Positions 58,783 to 64,000 of a stretch of 64,000 nt of DNA are shown here, in pieces (the stretch's first letter is position 1; each line of letters starts with the position of its first letter). The DNA lies in the IMG/VR virus record IMGVR_UViG_3300021093_000054, positions 9,219-73,218 of that record, one strand, 5' to 3'. Under the pieces are notes generated by a model. The model was not told the origin of the DNA. It ran no database searches and saw only the letters and a program-made list of their open reading frames with translations. The position numbers and the translations under genes were made by a program. Source of the stretch: a virus.

Positions 58783-59763
58783 TTAGTTTTTTGTTTTTTC
58801 AATGTAAGATTTCATAACATCAATATATTTTATTGTCGTACTATTCACATCTATATAATCAAAGTGATTTTTATTTTCTTTTAATTTTTCTATTGGGTCA
58901 ATATTAATGTAATCGCCTTTATAAAACTTTGTTGATTTTAAAGTATCAGTAACACCTGCCATATGTAATATTGGCATTCTTTCATATTTATCAACATTAT
59001 CTGTGGCCCAAGAAAAATCTAATTCTTTTGTTATTTCTGTTTTATAATTATTTAGCCATAGATTCCATAGAAGCGACCACATTTCAGCTGTCCAAAATTG
59101 TATTTGACCTGGGTTAATTGGAAACCTTCTTTGATAGTCTAACATTTGGTTATATAGTGGTGTACAATCATTATAGACTTTTTCCCAAAATTTATAATCA
59201 GTATTTTTAATCAGATATTGACCACCACCGGAATTTTTTTGATTTTCCTTTATTATATCAACATTGATTCCTACAACTTCAGCCATTTCTTTTATTAGTT
59301 GTCCTTTTTCTGATGATGGGTGTCTTGATTCATAATTATTACAACAATACATAATATAATCATAACCTATATATCCGATTGTATCAGATAGATAAGAAAT
59401 ATTATTCTTTATAAGTTTTTCAAAATCTGGTAATATTCTAAAAATAATATCAGCGTCGTGTAAAAATATATTTTTTCCTAGTTTTGGGAATTCTTTTAAC
59501 CATTGTGCAATAAGATATGGTTTTATACTTGGAATGTATGTTTTTACATCTCTATTGTCTTCGTAAAAATGTAAATTAATTCCTAAATTTTTTAACTTAA
59601 TTGCACCTTTACTCGGTTCTTTTGCTCCGTGAACAAGTGCTAGAATTACGTGAATTCGATTCGGGTTAATTCCTTTTTCAATAAAATTATGAACATACAA
59701 TTTTATTTGCCAATGAAAATAGGGAACATCAGGTTGTGCACTTAGAAATACAATGTCTTTCAT
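58783..59763 (-). CDS. GT-A glycosyltransferase resembling HPAT/SERGT peptide O-glycosyltransferases
   Basis: YFHWQ, KPYLIAQWL, HDADIIF (DxD), WTAEMW. Confidence 0.6.
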   Translation of the reverse strand: MKDIVFLSAQPDVPYFHWQIKLYVHNFIEKGINPNRIHVILALVHGAKEPSKGAIKLKNLGINLHFYEDNRDVKTYIPSIKPYLIAQWLKEFPKLGKNIFLHDADIIFRILPDFEKLIKNNISYLSDTIGYIGYDYIMYCCNNYESRHPSSEKGQLIKEMAEVVGINVDIIKENQKNSGGGQYLIKNTDYKFWEKVYNDCTPLYNQMLDYQRRFPINPGQIQFWTAEMWSLLWNLWLNNYKTEITKELDFSWATDNVDKYERMPILHMAGVTDTLKSTKFYKGDYINIDPIEKLKENKNHFDYIDVNSTTIKYIDVMKSYIEKTKN

Positions 59764-59822
59764 ATGAAAAATATATCTTAAAAATAGATAAAGTGAATTA
59801 ATTTATGATACTTGTGTTACAG

Positions 59823-60326
59823 TTATAATAACAGAAGGAATTTGAGGTCCATAAAGGGGTGCTGGGTCATATCGTAAAAAGGTATATTTATTTGAGGTCC
59901 ATTGAATTTCAAAATATTCTCCACCCCTAAAACTTTCAACAAAGATTCCCCATTAGCCGAATCGAAAGTTGGCCCATTGACTAATGTTGTGGATAAAGAA
60001 TTATATGATAAATCGTAACATGTATTCCCTGATGTAGAATATGATGGTGTAAATGACGCGTCTTGGAAAAGGAAGATATGAAAGTCTTCAAATTCCTTAC
60101 CATAAATTTCCTGACAGTTCAATAGATAAATATTTTCACAATTATTGAAGTCAATAACTTTTAAAATAATTGGTGTTGTTGAGTCTAATGGGGACGGAAC
60201 GTTAAAGATGTAAGGCGCTCCAACAATAGTTTGTACAAAATAACAATATGTTATGGTCGCATCACATACGTATATATTAAACGGTGGTGTACCAGAAAGA
60301 CTAACTATGTTTACTTGATTTGGCAT
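59823..60326 (-). CDS. chimeric/truncated structural-type protein
   Basis: N-terminus paralogous to 50269; short YDLS...LVNGPTF fragment, then an unrelated tail. Confidence 0.45.
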   Translation of the reverse strand: MPNQVNIVSLSGTPPFNIYVCDATITYCYFVQTIVGAPYIFNVPSPLDSTTPIILKVIDFNNCENIYLLNCQEIYGKEFEDFHIFLFQDASFTPSYSTSGNTCYDLSYNSLSTTLVNGPTFDSANGESLLKVLGVENILKFNGPQINIPFYDMTQHPFMDLKFLLLL

Positions 60327-60357
60327 CTACAATCGGAACTATTCATATAGATAAATA

Positions 60358-61296
60358 TTACTCACCGACTATTTCAATAACCTTTTCATATACTTGTAGT
60401 ACGGAGGGGTGACACTCAAACTTTTCTTTTTTTTCTAAACAACCTACTAAAGATGGTATTCCATGAATAGATCCCCACTCTCTAACGCCATATTTCATAT
60501 CAGATGCACAATGTAATCCGCATTCACCTCTAACATAATGAAACTTATAATCTTGACTTCCTTTTCTATACGGAGCTCTAAACTCAGGGTTAATTGAACT
60601 ACCCAATTGAAGGATTTCACAATCTGTTGTTCCTGCCAAATGCAAAAGACCAGAGTCCATTGTAATAAAACAAGAACATTTATTCAACAAGTGCCAAGTT
60701 TGATCTAAACTTGTTTGATTCATTAGGTTGTACCCAAGTTGGATTGGAAAATTAAATACGGGTTTTTGAACCATAGAATTTCCAATCTCAGATGAGTCTT
60801 TACCAACAGAAATTACAGATATCCCCTTTTCGTTCAATAGTTGAGTCAATATCTTCCAACTTTTGGCTGGCCATGTTCTTGAGTCCCAATTTTGAACAGG
60901 GTGAATTAAAACAAATTTTTTAGGTAAATCTGATAATATAACATCATCAGCAATATAATCCATTTTCATTTCATTGTTAGTTAACATAAACCCAAGATTG
61001 ATTGCATGAAATTGTTTAATGTCTATCACGTTATGTTTATTACAAACACCATTAGGTTTGTATAAAATATCAAAGGTAGAAAATACTTCATAATCATTTT
61101 TTACACGATCAAGTAAGTCAGGAGTATATTGAAAATTGTTTTCTACATAAGGTAAATTAGTAAAAATTTCAGGGTGATGTGATATAACAGATATTTTTTT
61201 ATTGTAGGCCTCACTCAATTTCCTAATTACAGGTGTTGCACACAAAGTATCGCCAAGAGCACGACAACCACTAATGTCTACACACATTTCTTTCAT
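60358..61296 (-). CDS. GT9-like (heptosyltransferase-type) glycosyltransferase
   Basis: ALGDTLCATP, RTWP, TMDSGLLHLA. Confidence 0.85.
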   Translation of the reverse strand: MKEMCVDISGCRALGDTLCATPVIRKLSEAYNKKISVISHHPEIFTNLPYVENNFQYTPDLLDRVKNDYEVFSTFDILYKPNGVCNKHNVIDIKQFHAINLGFMLTNNEMKMDYIADDVILSDLPKKFVLIHPVQNWDSRTWPAKSWKILTQLLNEKGISVISVGKDSSEIGNSMVQKPVFNFPIQLGYNLMNQTSLDQTWHLLNKCSCFITMDSGLLHLAGTTDCEILQLGSSINPEFRAPYRKGSQDYKFHYVRGECGLHCASDMKYGVREWGSIHGIPSLVGCLEKKEKFECHPSVLQVYEKVIEIVGE

Positions 61297-61347
61297 CTAA
61301 TAATATTAAGCCCTTCACAAATAAATTCAATAAATTATTTTTCTATT

Positions 61348-64000
61348 ATGAAAAAAATTAGGTTGTGTTATGTGACACCCCACCTCTCAACAGGAGGAAT
61401 GCCACAATTTGTTTTGAAAAGAATAGAATCACTTCAAAAATACCAAGATCAAATTGAAATTTTTTTAATTGAGTACTCTCAATTTAGCACAATTTATTTG
61501 GTACAAAGAAATAAAATTATTGATCTATTAGGTAATGATCATTTTTTTTCGTTGGGTGGATTCACAGAAGTTGATAAAAAATATGAATTGATTAAAATTT
61601 TAATAGATTTACAAATCGATATTGTTCACGTCGAAGAAATACCTGAAGGGTTCGAAAGTTTTAACAAAATTCCATTAGATTTATTGAACTCTTTTTATGA
61701 CAATAACAGAACATGGAAAATAGTTGAAACGTGTCATAATGTTTGGTATAACTCTGAAAACAAAAAGTTATATCCCGATGCTTACTCATTTGTAACCCCA
61801 TATCATTTCGAGACCTTCAAAGACAACACCCCTTTTAAAGAATTACACGTATATCCATATGAGGATAAAGTGACGACAATTCTTGAAGAGTTGGGAATCC
61901 CTTTTAATCATCATAGAATCCCGTTGTTACAAAAAATTAAGACAAGGGAAAAGTTGGGTATAGATCTCACAAAGACACACATTTTAAATGTTGGTCTGTG
62001 GACCTCAGGAAAAAACCAAAGTGAGGGTGTCGAGGTTGCAAGATTGATTGAAAAAACACACTCTGATTTACACTTCCATTTTATTGGTAATCAGGCGGAA
62101 AATTTCGAATCTTATTGGAAACCTGTCATGGAAAATTTACCAAGTAACGTAACGGTGTGGGGAGAAAGAAATGATGTAGATTCTTTTATGATGGCATGTG
62201 ATGTCATGATGTTCAACTCCAAATGGGAATGTAATCCACTTGTAGTTAGAGAAGCAATAAACTACGGATTGAAAATTCTTGCCAGAAATTTATCACACTA
62301 TCTTGGTATGTTCGATAAATATATCACACCTATCAGTTCCGATGATCCACTCGAAATATCAAAACAACTTATAGATCTTGTGAATAATGATGCATTTTAC
62401 GAATTAGAAAATCAGAAAGATTTTGGTGAAGAACTTTTAAAATTTTACAGTAAGGTAATTAATATGGAAAAAAATACAAATAAAAAAATAGAAACCAATT
62501 ATACATTCAATCAACATTTTGTTGTTAATCCTTTTTTAGAAATATTAGGAGAAGGTGAAAACAAATTAGACGTTAAGTTATTCGATGATGATACACTAAT
62601 TTATCAAAACAATATAAAATTAAATAGTTGGATAAAATTAAATCGTGAGTATTATACCAAATGGAGAACCGAGGTTAGTGAGAATGGAAAAATTATTTAC
62701 GAAAACGTTTTGGATTTAGAAAACAGGAGAGTTTACATTTCTTTTGGTTCAAAATCATTGGGCGACACTTTGGCTTGGATGCCGTATTGTGAAGAGTTTC
62801 GATTAAAACACAACTGTAAACTAATTGTTTCAACTTTTATGAACTACCTGTTTAAAGATCAATACCCCGAGATAGAGTTTGTAGAACCTGGACAAATTGT
62901 TTTAAATATTTATGCCCAATATAGGTTGGGTTGGTATTACAATGAAGATGGTAAGTTTAATACTAATATCCATAAAAATGATTTCAAAAGACAAACACTA
63001 CAAAAAACCGCAACCGATATTCTTGGTTTGGATTACCAAGAAATTAGACCCCAATTGAAATTACCTGTCGTTGAAAAGAAGAGAAAAGTAGGTATTGGAT
63101 TTCACTCAACCGCACAGGCGAAATATTGGAACAATGAAGGTGCATGGCAAGAAGTTGTTGATTATCTCAATTCCCATGGGTATGAATGTATGATCTATTC
63201 TAAGGAGGGTGATGGTTACATGAATAACAGATACCCACATAATGTGAAAATATTTAAAGGAGGAAATTTACAAGAAGTAATAAATGATCTTAGTACTTGT
63301 GAATTTTTTATTGGTCTCGGGTCTGGATTAAGTTGGCTAGCTTGGGCATGTGAGTTACCTTTAATTTTAATTTCAGGTTTCAGTGAAAAGTGGGCGGAAA
63401 CAAAATTAGACACCTACCGAGTAATAAATCAAAATGTATGTCATGGTTGTTTTAACCATTATAGATTAGATGCCGATGATTGGAATTGGTGTCCTCTTCA
63501 TAAAGGTACGGAAAAACAGTTTGAATGTACAAAAACAATAACACCAGAAATGGTTATTTTTGAAATAAACAAAATAATAAATAAAAAATTAATGAACGAA
63601 AATTTTAACGACCGTTCATTTGATTGGGGAAAGAAAAGTGATTGGTATGTAAATGCTGCAATCAAAGAAATATTTGAGGATAATATCTATGAAAGAATTT
63701 TTCAGGTTGAGGAGGGGGATGTTGTTGTAGATTTGGGGGCTTCTTTAGGGCCGTTTACATATTCAATATTACCAAAGAATCCTAAACAATGTTTTGTTGT
63801 AGAACCTTTATCCTATCATGTTGAGGTATTGAAAAAAAATGTTGGTCGAGAAAATGTAAAAATTATACAGGGAGCAATTACAGATAAAAAGAAAATAGAA
63901 ATCAGTTGGGACAACATTTCTGAAAGTGTACCAACATTTAGTTTTAAAGAATTCTTAGATGACAATAACATTGAAAAAATCGATTTTTTGAAATGTGATT
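61348..64000 (+). CDS. multidomain glycosyltransferase: GT4-like + Aah/TibC-type O-heptosyltransferase + FkbM-like methyltransferase (runs off right edge; not in ORF track)
   Basis: PHLSTGGMPQ...WECNPLVVREA; SKSLGDTLAW, FIGLGSGLSWLAW, CHGC...WCP...FEC; VVDLGASLG...VEP...IDFLKCD. Confidence 0.82.
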   Translation, partial: MKKIRLCYVTPHLSTGGMPQFVLKRIESLQKYQDQIEIFLIEYSQFSTIYLVQRNKIIDLLGNDHFFSLGGFTEVDKKYELIKILIDLQIDIVHVEEIPEGFESFNKIPLDLLNSFYDNNRTWKIVETCHNVWYNSENKKLYPDAYSFVTPYHFETFKDNTPFKELHVYPYEDKVTTILEELGIPFNHHRIPLLQKIKTREKLGIDLTKTHILNVGLWTSGKNQSEGVEVARLIEKTHSDLHFHFIGNQAENFESYWKPVMENLPSNVTVWGERNDVDSFMMACDVMMFNSKWECNPLVVREAINYGLKILARNLSHYLGMFDKYITPISSDDPLEISKQLIDLVNNDAFYELENQKDFGEELLKFYSKVINMEKNTNKKIETNYTFNQHFVVNPFLEILGEGENKLDVKLFDDDTLIYQNNIKLNSWIKLNREYYTKWRTEVSENGKIIYENVLDLENRRVYISFGSKSLGDTLAWMPYCEEFRLKHNCKLIVSTFMNYLFKDQYPEIEFVEPGQIVLNIYAQYRLGWYYNEDGKFNTNIHKNDFKRQTLQKTATDILGLDYQEIRPQLKLPVVEKKRKVGIGFHSTAQAKYWNNEGAWQEVVDYLNSHGYECMIYSKEGDGYMNNRYPHNVKIFKGGNLQEVINDLSTCEFFIGLGSGLSWLAWACELPLILISGFSEKWAETKLDTYRVINQNVCHGCFNHYRLDADDWNWCPLHKGTEKQFECTKTITPEMVIFEINKIINKKLMNENFNDRSFDWGKKSDWYVNAAIKEIFEDNIYERIFQVEEGDVVVDLGASLGPFTYSILPKNPKQCFVVEPLSYHVEVLKKNVGRENVKIIQGAITDKKKIEISWDNISESVPTFSFKEFLDDNNIEKIDFLKCD

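Noticed and set aside
1-64000. Alternative genetic code (stop-codon recoding seen in some large phages)
   Set aside because: Conserved genes translate full length in the standard code, and TAA, TAG and TGA all end genes
1-64000. tRNA or rRNA genes
   Set aside because: No cloverleaf/T-arm or rRNA signature noticed in the few intergenic gaps; tRNAscan-SE would be needed to exclude formally

Overview
Very AT-rich, gene-dense 64 kb segment in the standard genetic code. It is most consistent with a large (jumbo/huge) tailed phage of a Bacteroidota host. Support: repeated TTTG-N20-TAnnTTTG promoters, an Hc1 histone-like gene, Bacteroidota-type sigma factors, and no rRNA or core cellular operons. 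The window holds an RNA-repair and auxiliary block, two sigma factors, redox and chaperone genes, a probable lysis block and two C5 methyltransferases. It also has a recombination/replication block (SbcC/D, PD-(D/E)XK nuclease, primase, RuvC, LAGLIDADG endonuclease) and Cys/Thr-rich virion-type proteins next to three glycosyltransferases. The standout is 40228-41848: a catalytically intact 392-aa TnpB with its own promoter and no TnpA. It is followed by a 107-nt structured region carrying an anti-repeat, then a 5-repeat CRISPR array (36-nt repeats, 29-30-nt spacers), with no cas1/cas2 in the window. This is a candidate nascent miniature type V (TnpB-to-Cas12 intermediate) system. Other leads are a shared N-terminal leader family including a leader/PT-TG-like/ECF-sigma fusion, a possible virion O-glycosylation system, and two candidate structured ncRNAs. 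All protein calls are motif recognition by eye; no searches were run.
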